Shown: piece after piece, positions 11,377 through 22,709 of the stretch
Layout: every line of letters begins with the position of its first letter
Position numbering within the stretch: position 1 is the first letter of the stretch
DNA from: Bugula neritina
Lineage: Eukaryota > Animalia > Bryozoa
DNA length: 64,000 nt
Direction: 5' to 3'
NCBI GenBank assembly: GCA_964035545.1
Contig: OZ037765.1
Location: forward strand, 3,410,001-3,474,000
Position numbers and translations under genes: made by a program
Notes under the pieces: generated by a model
What the model saw: only the letters and a program-made list of their open reading frames with translations
What the model was told of the DNA's origin: nothing
Database searches by the model: none

Positions 11377-14300
11377 CTAGAATAAAGATATGCATAAATT
11401 GTTGCTGGAAAAACTCTTTCTGTGTGCTAAGCTATAATCTCTCAAAGTAGGTTGCAAGCCTTTTATTAATGAAAAGCAGCGTTGCAGGCTTGCTGCTGCA
11501 ACTACTCAAAATATGAGTTTCTTCAAAATTTTCAACAACTGGGATAGTTATATATTTAAAAATAATTAGTTTACAATAACAGATAGTACTAACACATGTA
11601 CCTTTAGTTGGTAGTTCACAGGTAGGAGGATTGTCAGACCATTCTCCTTTACCATCTACTAGTTCACATGTGATGGCAACAGGACCTTTTCTTATGAACC
11701 CTTCTTTACAATCATAATTCAGAGTGGAACTCAGTTTCCAGCTTTTATCAACAACTGGTGTTTCAATATTTGCTACAGATTGTGGTGTTGAGCATGTGAT
11801 TGGTTGAACCACTGAAATGAAATAATGAAATTTTCGCAAAACTTTAAAAAGTTAAAAGGAATAACATATTTTGAGCTAAGAAAATATAGTTGCTGATTTT
11901 CAACTCACATCTTACAGACTCTGCACCAGGAATAGTGGTAACCTTCAAAACATCATCTTCAGTCTTAGCCTTGAATCCAACAGCAATGTGATATGAGTAT
12001 TGGTTGTCTAGAGGTCTGTTCCAGTAACCACCATATGTTTGGTTATCACCAACACTAAGTGAGGATGGATAGTTGGTAACCGGAAATGATGCTGTTATAT
12101 AAACAGTCACATTATTTATGCTATCAACAGTAATGGATCTCTTTTTCCTGGATGACAATTTTTCAACAACAATAACCATGGAGTCGTATCCTTTCAGAAT
12201 ATCATCAGATGAAGTGATGTTTGGTAGAGGTACTGTAATGGTTTCCCCTGATGGATTTACTGTATTATTGCCATCATTGCTGTATGTCAACACTGGCTCT
12301 AAAAAGCAATTACATTGTTTATTATATAGCAAGAGGAACTAAATATTTTTTGATTAGCCACGCTCTCTGAGTTTATATTTATTGCAAAGTTTTGTGAGTT
12401 TCAAGGTTTGAAGCTTCATGCCCTGAAATATTTTCAAAATAGTGTGAGTAAATATTTACTTACTTTCAGGTTTAGTCCAGAGCACAACTTCTCTAGAACT
12501 TTCTCCAAACTCATTTTCAGACAGAAGAGCTTTAACTGTACAGCTGTATTCTACTTGACTATAGAGTGATTCTATAGTTAGAGAGGTGGTAGAAGAGTCA
12601 GGTGTAATATTATAGTAACTCACTGAGTTTACTGTCACATTATCATTAAAGGTGTTGTTGGTTGTGATGCATGTTACCTGTAGCCAGTGATTAAAACAGT
12701 ATATAGCACAAATATCATTAACTTTTATGTATTTAATATTGTCATATTAAAAAATTCTCTGCTTAAACAAGCTGCAAAGAATATGCTAATTTTCTAATTC
12801 TAGGTTAATTTAAAACATAGTTGGATGTCAAAGGTATATTTATGTGTAAGAAATGATCGAGAGCTAGCCAGTTATCAACAAAACTTAGAGAGTTATTGAA
12901 AAAGAGAACAAAGTATGTATAAGTATGCCTAGTGACATGCAAAGTATAGAAGCAGACCTGCAGAAGTATAGCAAGTTGACTTGGCATCTAAAAACAAAAT
13001 TGAAGTTAAGCTGAAATTTTTCCTGTTTGACTTATTACTCACCTGATACTGTTGAATAGAGTAGATCTTATCTGTATAAACTACTGGATACCAGGAGATG
13101 GTAACTGAAGTAGAAGTTCTGGTGTCAACTGTCAGTCCATCTGGTGAGTTGGGTGCTGCAAAGTAAATATTATCATAGGAGATGATCACTTTTATTACTC
13201 AAAAACTTTGTTTGGTTACAAAATGTCTCAGCGCTGCCAAAAATTTTTCACCAGTATTTTGAAATTTTCAGTTTTACCCTTATTATATCCATATTTCAAC
13301 CCATGACTGCTTGATTGACTATTTTATTTTTATTATATGCAAATCTTTTAAAAGTTGCATTTATGTCTTCACTAACTATAATATAATCTTCATATAGTAA
13401 CCTAAACCCTAATTTATGTAAAAGAAAAATAAAATATTTGAAACTATTAAAGACCTATTAACTTTCAAATCTTTAAAACATCCAAACACATACACATATA
13501 GAATTATAGAAGCACGCATGTACACACATAAGCCCACTCACATGCACATTGCATGCAGGAGCAAAGTTATCTCCACACTTGCAATAACTTCTGCTCACCT
13601 TTACTAGCAGTGTATTCTTCTTGCCATATGACATTCTCATGTCCATCTTGTAAATTTACTTTAATAGTCAGTTCGAAGGTCACACCTTGCTGTTTAGTGA
13701 AAGTCCATGGTCCTGTTTTTATCTGATAGGATAATTGCCTACTTCCATAAGTTAATGTAACACTGGATATGCAGTCATCAGCTTCCTGTTACAGTGAAAG
13801 AGTTTAAATAATGTTAGGCTTACTTTAAGAAAATAGAAGCAGAATTAGTAGGTTGCTATGGCTTCAGAATAATCTCAACAGTGTGACTTTTGATTTAATT
13901 ATGAATTGAGTATGATTATTGAACAGACCTACCCAAGTAATTACACATAGCAATAGTAGTGTTTATAAGTAATTGCAGAAGTATACTCAAATATATTTTT
14001 TAACCTAATCCTAAAAGTGAAATATATATTAAATATAAACTTACAAGTGAAGGTACAAAATTTCACTCAATACAAATTATAAATTAATTCATTCACAATT
14101 AATAACCAGATTACATTGACACAGTAATAATAATGCTTGCATTATAAATAATTGCTGAAATACTATATACTCAAAATTTATTTTTAACTTAATCCTAATT
14201 TTAAAGTTACTGATGTATTTATATAGTTTAGGCTGTATAGGCGTAACCTTAACATATTATTGAACCCAATCATTGCTGAAAAGCAAAATAAGAAAAAAAG

Positions 14301-17300
14301 GAGTATAAACTCATTGCTGTATTTTTGAATGTAGAAACCTACTTTACTACATATAATATTATGGGTAACACTATGATATGATTCAAATTTTAATTACAAT
14401 ATTTATATTTTAAGTAAATCTACTCAAAATATAAATATCTCAACTATTTTTATAGTTTTAGAATAACCCAAGATGATATTATATTATAGTTCAAAATCAA
14501 TATGATCTAAAAGTATATAGATTATAGATAAAAATATAGACTTACAAGTGAAGGTACAGACACAGTAAATATTCTCTCTTCTCCTGGTTTCAGAATACCA
14601 CTTTCTGTTATTATAACATCTCCAGATGGTAATGTGCCTCTTTCTGTAGCATATAAAAAATATATTAATTAGTCAAAAATGTTTGTAACAGAAACAAATA
14701 CTTGAGATGCAAGGCCACCACTTTAACCTGCAAAAATTGTAGAAATACAGTTAACGATACTAATCTGCTTGTAGGTAAAAAATGTTTGAATAGTAATATA
14801 CCTGCACAGAAAAGAAAACTGACAGTAGAGGCATCTTGTATTAACTCTTCACCATTATAGTTCCTCACAGTAGATACTCTAGCATAGTAAGGTTGTTGTA
14901 TATTCAGATTACTAATCACAGTCTCTCTGTAGTCTATAGAAACTAATTTAGAGCTTATTATTGTGTTGAAGTTGGAATTGTCTGAACTTTCTATTTTAAA
15001 ATGAGTAGTTGTGAGCTCCTGATTGGATACAGTAGCTGGAAATTCCCATGTAATTCTGATTTCTCCTGGTGACACATCTGTGTGAGAAGATACTGGGTCT
15101 TCAGACAGCTTTAGAATTTCTAAAAAATTATCAAAATAAAAACATTTAAAGCATCATTTATTTCGGGTATAACTAATAAAATGAAAGTAATATGATTTTA
15201 TTCCTTTACAATTATAGCAAACTATATTTTGTATAGCTTATTGAATATAAATATTTTATATAAAACAATGGTTTATATAAAATTTTTGACAATATAATAA
15301 AGCCAGTTCATGGTGAAAGTTTTAGACAAAGCTTGCTTAACAGCCCATAAGTTTCAGATGGAAACTTAGAAAGTGCATCACGAATAGTATATATATGTAT
15401 ATAAGTTTACACGAAAGATACAAAAATTGAGGTTTGTGGTTTGCATTAACTTATAGTTGAGGTTTCATTTGATGTAACTATTTCCATTAGCCGAATGAAA
15501 AAATCTATTCCGAAAGCAATAATGGAGCCGATAATGGAAACGTAGTGTATATATCATAAAATAATACTATCATAATTAGTGCTGTCCTTGAAACCAAATG
15601 ACTATCAGAATTTTTTTTTCAACCTACACTGAGTTAAGAGAATAAAATATTTTCACAGATCTCCTTCTCTTAGCAAAACTGATAATACAAGTTTACATTT
15701 TGAAGAAACAGTGCTTATTTTTAAACATTTAGGTAAAAAGTTGTTTTACCTTGTGACTTTCAATAAATATAAAAGTGAAATAATCTTTAGGCGAGCTTTG
15801 AACCTGAGGCCTGCTGTTAAAAACATGCCTGGGATATATTTTTGCAATATATAGTTTGGTTTGTTGTATAGCCATTCTATACAATGTAGAATAATTATAA
15901 CAAAAAATTAAACAAGTAATTTGTAAGCTGTTGGGTACATAACAAATTATTCAAATTTGCACCATGCATTATCTATAATAGATCAAATGAGATCAAAACT
16001 GAAAAATGAGCAAATTCAAATACTACATACTATATATACCATATATAGTTTTACGGACTCACGCAGAACAACTTGCATTTAGTAACTGTGAGAACACATA
16101 ATAGTAAAACTTTTTCCTCCACTGGGATTCAGACCTTAGACCCCTGATTTGCAAGCAGGAGCGCTAGCAAATCCCACTACGGGGGCTTTGAGATTCCGGA
16201 CAACAATGACAAACGCAAAGTGCTGGTTGTAAAATTACACTTTCTACGAAACTAGGCAATATATAAATATTTAGTCTACTAAGATATTACAAATTACTGT
16301 TAAGAACACCGAGATTGCCATGTGAATGTTTAGACTTTAGACATTTTATTATGTAAATATAGCTTGGAAGTGATTCAGTTTACTTCATTTAGTACATGCA
16401 CATCGGCAAATTATGACCTAACATTAAAATTTGCTCAAAATTCATTGAAATTGACTATATGGTATATTTATGTTATGATTCTCATTATGCATAACATAAA
16501 AGCATTAAAGCATTAAAGCGCACGTCATTTTCATATAATGCACTTATTATTATGTATGTGCAACCGTTGAAACAAACCACAATGTCTGCAACTCCAAATT
16601 AGCTAAATAATTAGGAAAAACATGGGAAAATAAGCAAAATTAAAAATAACCTTGACTATTTATTGATATGTTATTAGTTTTAGGCAAAAACCCATATATA
16701 TTAGCAGCTAAAAAATAGCTAAAAACTGGAGATTTCGAGTGTGTACTAAATTAAGCAAAATGACCCAATTGCAGGAGGAGAAAATTTTTTTGACTTTCTC
16801 AACTTTCAGTATAAATTAGAAACCTGAAGCTGTACTCTGATCTCACACATTTCTATATCATCACTCTTTCTCAACTGACAACACAAAATTTGTTAACATC
16901 TTCATACCATTTGTAACTCAACCACCATACACATTTGCTGATTACAGATAATGAGCACAGGTATAGCTGCAAGATCTAGCGAGTAAAATATACACTAAAA
17001 TATACTTAAATTGCCACAGGTTTTGCTGTGCACTCGTTGTTGGTCAACAATCTATGGCTTCTTAATGCACCAGTGCATTGTAATCACCTGCTATGTAGGC
17101 TCTCAGTGCTACTCCTCTGTTTTGTATGACAACATTTGAATATGTGAGTCTGTCTACTCTCTCTCCGTTAAGAAAAGGTAGACTTATATAAGCCTCGGGA
17201 TCTGCTGACATATGTGGTCTAAATGAGACGAGGTTACCTTTACAACCAGAAGTACTCAAGTCTTCTACATACAGAGCAAGAAAGTCTCCTTTTCTAACTA

Positions 17301-20300
17301 CTTCTGTAGAGTTCTGTACAAACTGGAATCTGATTCCTCCCGTAGATACATCTTCAGGTGTGAGTAGAGTTTCTGTAATCAGATTGAATACAGCAGAGTT
17401 ACCTTCTCCTGTCTGTCTCCAGATAGCAGCATATGAGTCACAGTAGTCAGTATAATGACCAATCATATACTTCCAGCCAACTAAATATCCGTCTGCTTCT
17501 ATCTTGTAATTGAAGAGTAACATGAAAGCTACTCCAGCTGATCCATAATTTATTATCTTTGTGTTGGTTGTACTGTCAGAGTTATCTGAAAATAATAATA
17601 TGTTATTCCTAAGATATAATATCACATTTATCAGGTAATGCAAACTACTTTTAATATAGGAATTTAAATGCTTATTCATCACACTATTTAACTATCCCAT
17701 TATATAAAATCCTACTTTTTTCTATAAATTTTTTCTTCTGGCATATTAATTGTGTAAGATGGCTGGCAGGGGGGGGGGTGAAGGTTTGACACAGTTTGAT
17801 CTCAACGAAGAGATTACCCAAACATACTTTAATCACCAAAAGGACCTGGCAGATCACCATTTTACTAAACATGCATAGGGTGATGAAATATAACACTAAC
17901 TTGTGCAAAAACAAGAGAGCCAAAAGATTTTCTGGAGAAAATGTAAAAAAAAGCCTTTCATTCAATGTAGAAAATTTAATATAAGTCTCAGCTCATCATG
18001 TGGTCTTTGGTTTTATACCAAATATTAATGTGATCTTTGATATCATATCAAATAATGATGTGGTACTCTGTGCTCTAGCATGCTGATGAACAATGCTTTT
18101 GTTACTTTTTACATATAAGTCAGATTTATGAAAATATGTATTTAAACTGACTTTGATATTACTTAGACAGTTGGTAGGTCATGCAATGGTTTAACTGTTT
18201 GTTTTAGTTATATATCAGTATTAAAAAGTATATATATATATATCATTGTTAATCTTAAAGACTAGCAGCGGCCTGAAATTAAAGTATATTTTTTCAATAA
18301 ATCTCGTTTCTTTCAACATAAAAATTTGTACTGCTCAGTTATAGTACATATAAGTAGTACATATTTCATGTTGATTCAAATTATTAGAGCTCTCATGCAA
18401 GTGAGTAGGGCTTTGCTAATAGCAATTAAGAAATAATTGCCAATATTTACTTGCTTCTATAATAACTACAAATAATTTCTTTGTTTTTTTAGCTTCGAAA
18501 AATATACAAGAAGCAGCTGTAACAGCTGTATCTATTCCAGCAACTGAACATAGCCTATTTGCACACTAGCTATAGTCTAAAAATTTAGTTTGTAATCAAT
18601 AAATTTCACCCATACCTGCATACCAGAGAGGGAGGTTGAAGTACTGATAGTCTGGATGTTTTTCTGGTGTCACTCCAGCTTCATCTGATCTTTTGTTGAC
18701 AATCTCACATTGATCTCCACTAATTGACTTCACTATAGAACTACAGTTATCACTGATGTCTTCATCTTGTAAACAGAAACTCATACAGTCTCTGAGGTCT
18801 GATGTACTTATCTGGCTGTACTTTTGTACCCTATTGTTTAAAAAGTTGCCCCTATTAGCTGTCCATGGCTGCCATATTCCTATTGGAAAAGAAAATACGT
18901 GTACATAGTGGAGCTACTCAATAGTTTTAACCACCAGATTTTTTAATTTCTTGATAATTTAATAACAGATAATAATTATTAGACAAAGTTGTTTAATTAT
19001 AGCTTTAAGATCACATCACCTCTCAAGTAACATAAGAATTAAGAAATGATGATCTATCAATATGATGAACAAGATATGAAGAATAAAAAGCTTTTGCATT
19101 ATTCAATAAATTTAGATTGAGAGGCTATCTATAGCTCATAACTAAAACTAAATTATCAAAACTAAATATTGAGAAATTGTTATGAAATCTTCCTCTGAAT
19201 AATTAAGTCATAATCCAGCTATCACTTTTTGTTTACAATATATATAAGTTATATACATAACTGCCCAAACATACGTTGACAACGCTGACAGTATAACAGC
19301 AAATGCGAGCCATTTTTAAAAACATCCTGTCTGGCTTGAACCAGAGGAAGGTAGAGGTTATACTGAGGATCAAACACTGCTCAATTTAAAACATTACCCC
19401 CCCCCCTCCCTACTATTGGAGGAAAAGATGGCATTCTCAAAGTCAGTTATTGGGCAAATAAAACCAACCTATAGCATAATGTTTAACTGCAGCTAAACTA
19501 ACAAACTTCCATATTCATGAAGTTGATAAGAAGTTATAATATTATATAAGTTATATAAGTAGTTAGGTTACAGTTGAACTTTCAATCTGTACTCTAAAAC
19601 AATTAATTGCACTTTTTACAGATAATCTATATAATATAATTTTTTTAAAACAAATTTTTATGCAACAGGCTGTCATGATAATAGATTCATAACATTTTTG
19701 GATACCTGGCTATACATACTTGTCAAACATTTGCAAAAAATAAAGTCACATGCAATGCATGCATCCATTGAAATTGGTTGCTGAATGTTGCATCTTTTTT
19801 CACTGTTTACTTAATTGAAATGCTTTTAGAATTAGATTGAATTAGATTGACACTGTCAGAACTGGCACTAAGTTCTAAATCCTGCCCTGTTTTTGATTAT
19901 TCATGAAGGCCAAAATATCATAATGTCTGGTTTGTGTTAAGCCGGAGTTAACAGTAGCATATTCAAAGAGCACTTTCAGTTGGTTATTACTGTCAATACT
20001 AACTGTAAGTATGTACATCATAAATAATAATCATGTAGTGTTAGATTATCATAAATACTCACCAGCACAGTCTGGTCTAACAGAGTATCTCCACTGACTA
20101 TCAGAACTACTAGTAGTAGCAGTCTGAGTATTCTCTGCTAACAGCTGACAGTTTCCATCACCAGTTCTGTAGTTTATTGAGGCACATATAAATGATGTCT
20201 GCTGCATACACTGAGCTCTACACTCATCTTCACTGATTATAAAAAGAGTCTTTATACTACCAGATGCTATGTAAGGTTCTAGTCTACCCACACCTGATGT

Positions 20301-20606
20301 CCAGTCACAGGTTAGTCCTGTAAATATGCAGCAGGGAAAAACTAACAACATACTAACTTTGTAAAGATATTTAGAACAACAAGAGTTTACTATGGGTCTA
20401 TACAATTGAGAATTTGTGCTGCTATAATAATTGCATCAATGTGTACAATTTCTATCCATATGCTACAAATAATGGTCATAAAAAACTTAATTGAGTACAT
20501 GATATAAACAATACTATATATCTAACATACCTTGTACTGGTGCAGAGATAGACGCAGTAACTAGAAAGAAGCACAAGTGAAAACACAAGTACAGTATTCT
20601 CTTCAT
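11042..20606 (-). CDS. Receptor copy 2, intact, ~985 aa type I membrane protein (PAN x2, variable domain, FN3 x3, RPTP-type membrane-proximal domain, Sushi, TM, Tyr-motif tail)
   Basis: Exons 20531-20606, 20063-20317, 18616-18879, 17088-17585, 14802-15119, 14546-14643, 13599-13785, 13043-13155, 12464-12677, 11909-12298, 11602-11811, 11042-11376. All GT-AG and phase-compatible; total 2958 nt with no internal stop found. Confidence 0.9.
11602..11811 (-). CDS. Copy 2 exon 11: Sushi/CCP domain
   Basis: CSTP...YDCKEGF..KG...ITC...GEWSDNPPTC: four-Cys plus Trp CCP signature. Confidence 0.92.
11909..12298 (-). CDS. Copy 2 exon 10: receptor-PTP-type membrane-proximal FN3-like domain with RKKR furin site
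   Basis: IVVEKLSSRKKR|S...YITASFP...LSVGDNQTYGGYWNRPL...Y resembles the cleaved membrane-proximal domain of R2-type receptor tyrosine phosphatases and SUSD1 (Y-x-AA...F-x-VGDN-x-TY-x-G-[YF]WN-x-PL). Confidence 0.8.
12464..13155 (-). CDS. Copy 2 exons 8-9 (13043-13155, 12464-12677): fibronectin type III domain
   Basis: APNSPDGLTVDTRTSTSVTISW...LTIESLYSQVEYSCTVKA...GESS...WTKP: canonical FN3. Confidence 0.9.
13599..14643 (-). CDS. Copy 2 exons 6-7 (14546-14643, 13599-13785): degenerate FN3/Ig-like beta domain
   Basis: 98-nt and ~187-nt exons are conserved and open in all six copies and joined by a phase-0 intron. Alternating hydrophobic strands (VTFELTIKV). Domain identity tentative. Confidence 0.65.
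14802..15119 (-). CDS. Copy 2 exon 5: fibronectin type III domain
   Basis: IRITWEFP...FKIE...TVISNLNIQQPYYARVSTV: FN3 W, L and Y signature. Confidence 0.85.
16372..16766. mobile_element. Degenerate MITE, same family as 50089-50514
   Basis: Right end ...GTGTGTACTAAATTAAGCAAAATGACCC matches the 50-kb element; the left end is degenerate (GATTCAGTTTACTTCATTTAGTACA). Flanks AAGT/AATT. Absent at the paralogous site in other copies. Confidence 0.7.
17088..17585 (-). CDS. Copy 2 exon 4: beta-rich domain of uncertain family carrying the hypervariable loop
   Basis: GYLVGWKY...YAAIWRQ...VVRKGDFLALY...VALRAY. Phase 1-1 exon, open in all copies. The fold (possibly C1q/TNF-like jelly roll) is inference only. 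Confidence 0.8.
18616..18879 (-). CDS. Copy 2 exon 3: PAN/Apple-like domain 2
   Basis: DLRDCMSFCLQDEDISDNCSSIVKSISGDQCEI...YQYF: PAN-type four-Cys spacing. Confidence 0.75.
20063..20317 (-). CDS. Copy 2 exon 2: PAN/Apple domain 1
   Basis: SEDECRAQCMQQTSFICASINY...GNCQL matches the PAN pattern C-x3-C...C-x-S-x2-Y...C-x-L. Confidence 0.85.
20531..20606 (-). CDS. Copy 2 exon 1: signal peptide
   Basis: MKRILYLCFHLCFFLVTASISAPVQ, then donor G|GTATGT. The same 76-nt exon is present in five copies. Not in the ORF track (too short). Confidence 0.85.
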
Positions 20607-22709
20607 GTTATCACTATTAGTAATGTCTATACACTGAGGTAGTGCTTAGTAAAGTTATGCTTCTATACAAATGAATCACAATAGCTAGAACCTTTCCAAT
20701 ATAAGTAGGTAGCTGCTATAATAGATGCATTGTAACTAAAGGAACAAAAAGTCACAAGAATGTAGTACTTAAGGAGGAAGTTGAACATTTCTATTCAAAT
20801 ATTCCAATCAGTATTGTATAATAAGTATTCAATTTTTCACTTCCACTGCTTTTTGTTATTTTGAAAGTTGTGTCCCCTGTACTATTATAAGTAAAAGAAG
20901 TTGCACTGATTCATTACATTGCTGAGATGTAATAAAAGTATTACTCCTTCATTATACATAAAACTATATACTAGACATATACCAGTCAGCAAGGGAGGTA
21001 ATTAAGTAACATTCGTTGAGGTTTAGGTTTAGGTTCAGATTAACTCCAAATATCAAAGAAAGCAAATAATGAAAGCATCCACTTTCACCTTTAGGGAGTT
21101 TAACTTCCATTTTTGCTGATTGAGGTAATTTGATAGAAAACGCCAAAAAAAAGTTATACTGTCTGAAAGTTCTTCCCACTTTCCAGCATTTGTATTTACA
21201 TAAATGTATGTAGTTAAACTATTGTGGATATAGCTATTAGGATAGTTGATTGCATGAAGATAAAAAGCAAATTTACACTATCTTATAACATAATAACTAT
21301 TTTAAATAAGTAAATGTGAATATTCAGAAAAAAATATATACCTATGGTTATGTTTGAACAAAAAACTTGAAACATTATTTTGTAGAGCAGAAAAGAGATA
21401 CAACCGTAACATTTGACTAAATATACTTCACTAACCTTCTTTAAGGTTTTATGCATAAAAACCACTTTTTGCTGCAATAGCACTCAGCTGGCTTTAAATA
21501 ATAAAAGCTGCCAAACTTTTGTGGAACTGTGAATTATTGCAGCTTCTTGAAAATTAAATTTTATTTCTTTGTTCTCATATCGTGATCAGCTTTACATTGA
21601 CCCTCTGACTTTGCTATTAGAAGTGGATGTCTCAATAGTCTACTTATATGAATAATTAAGATACATAAGTGTGCTGTGTTCTCTGTTTAAAAGTTGTCTT
21701 CTCTATGAACTGTAAAACTTAATATAAAACTTACTCAAACGACATTCAATGTTTAATATCTGCTAATAGCTATGATGATTTTTTACATCTTTTGACTCCT
21801 ATATTGTGTTTGTAAATTGCTAAAAGAAAGCTGCTTCACACTGAGTGTCTGACAAAGTCGCACTCTAGTCACCATAGTGCATTTATATCTTCTGAATAAT
21901 GATAAGAATAATACATGCAGTTCTGTATATCAAAGTTATTAAAAGTGCAGGGCCAAAATATGATCAACAAAGGAATAATAGTCAGAAGTTGTGCAACCTC
22001 CACCACTATACAGCTATCTGATTGTTAATTTCCAGCAAAAATACATTGTAGTACTCTAATGCCAAATGCCAAGGTTATATTTTGTTACAATAAAAATACA
22101 TGTGAGTCATTTTACAGCTTCAACACAAATATTTTATAATTTTATCTTTTAATTAGCTTTGTTATAGCAATATTAGAAGTGCTTTATATATTATAGTAAT
22201 TAGGTAATACGAATAGTTATGTAAACTGCAGGCAGTAACTGTTGTTATTGAATCATTTTTTTGCAAGAAAAACAATTTCTAAAGCATATTATAGAGCAAC
22301 ATGCATTACAAATAAATTTAGTCAGAAATAGTTTATTCATATTTTGTAATCCAAAAACTAGCAGCTAAAATTATGATGACAAAATTTACTTTAAAATGGA
22401 CAGGAAAATTTAAACAAATCAAGCAGAAAGCATATTTCTATGACACGGTGGAAGTGCAGATATGTAGTTTGAAGCAATAGTAAGTACTGTAATAAAACAT
22501 ATTCTAAAACTTAGTTTAATCTAAATCAAGATTAATGGATTTCTTATTTTAATCCAACGGAGACCTAAAGTTATTTCTTTATAAGACCATATAGTTTTAA
22601 CACATTACTATTATAAAATGCACATTTAGGACAATAATTTTTAACATTTAACTTCTAGCATATTTAAAGCTCGGTGAGCAGTAAGAATTGTTTCTGAATT
22701 AAGTGTGTT

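Noticed and set aside
11370-11378. Tandem TAG-AAG-CAG acceptors at the copy 2 TM exon as regulated alternative splicing
   Set aside because: Would change only 1-2 residues and is not conserved (copy 3 lacks the CAG).
11042-12298. Annotation as a receptor tyrosine phosphatase or SUSD1 orthologue
   Set aside because: Only the membrane-proximal module is shared. There is no PTP catalytic motif, the tail ends after ~80 aa and the architecture differs, so no gene symbol is given.
12118-12342. Plus-strand ORFs recurring in several copies (also 8470, 23783, 25132, 28166, 33018, 46720, 48056, 54277)
   Set aside because: Antisense shadows of conserved minus-strand exons.
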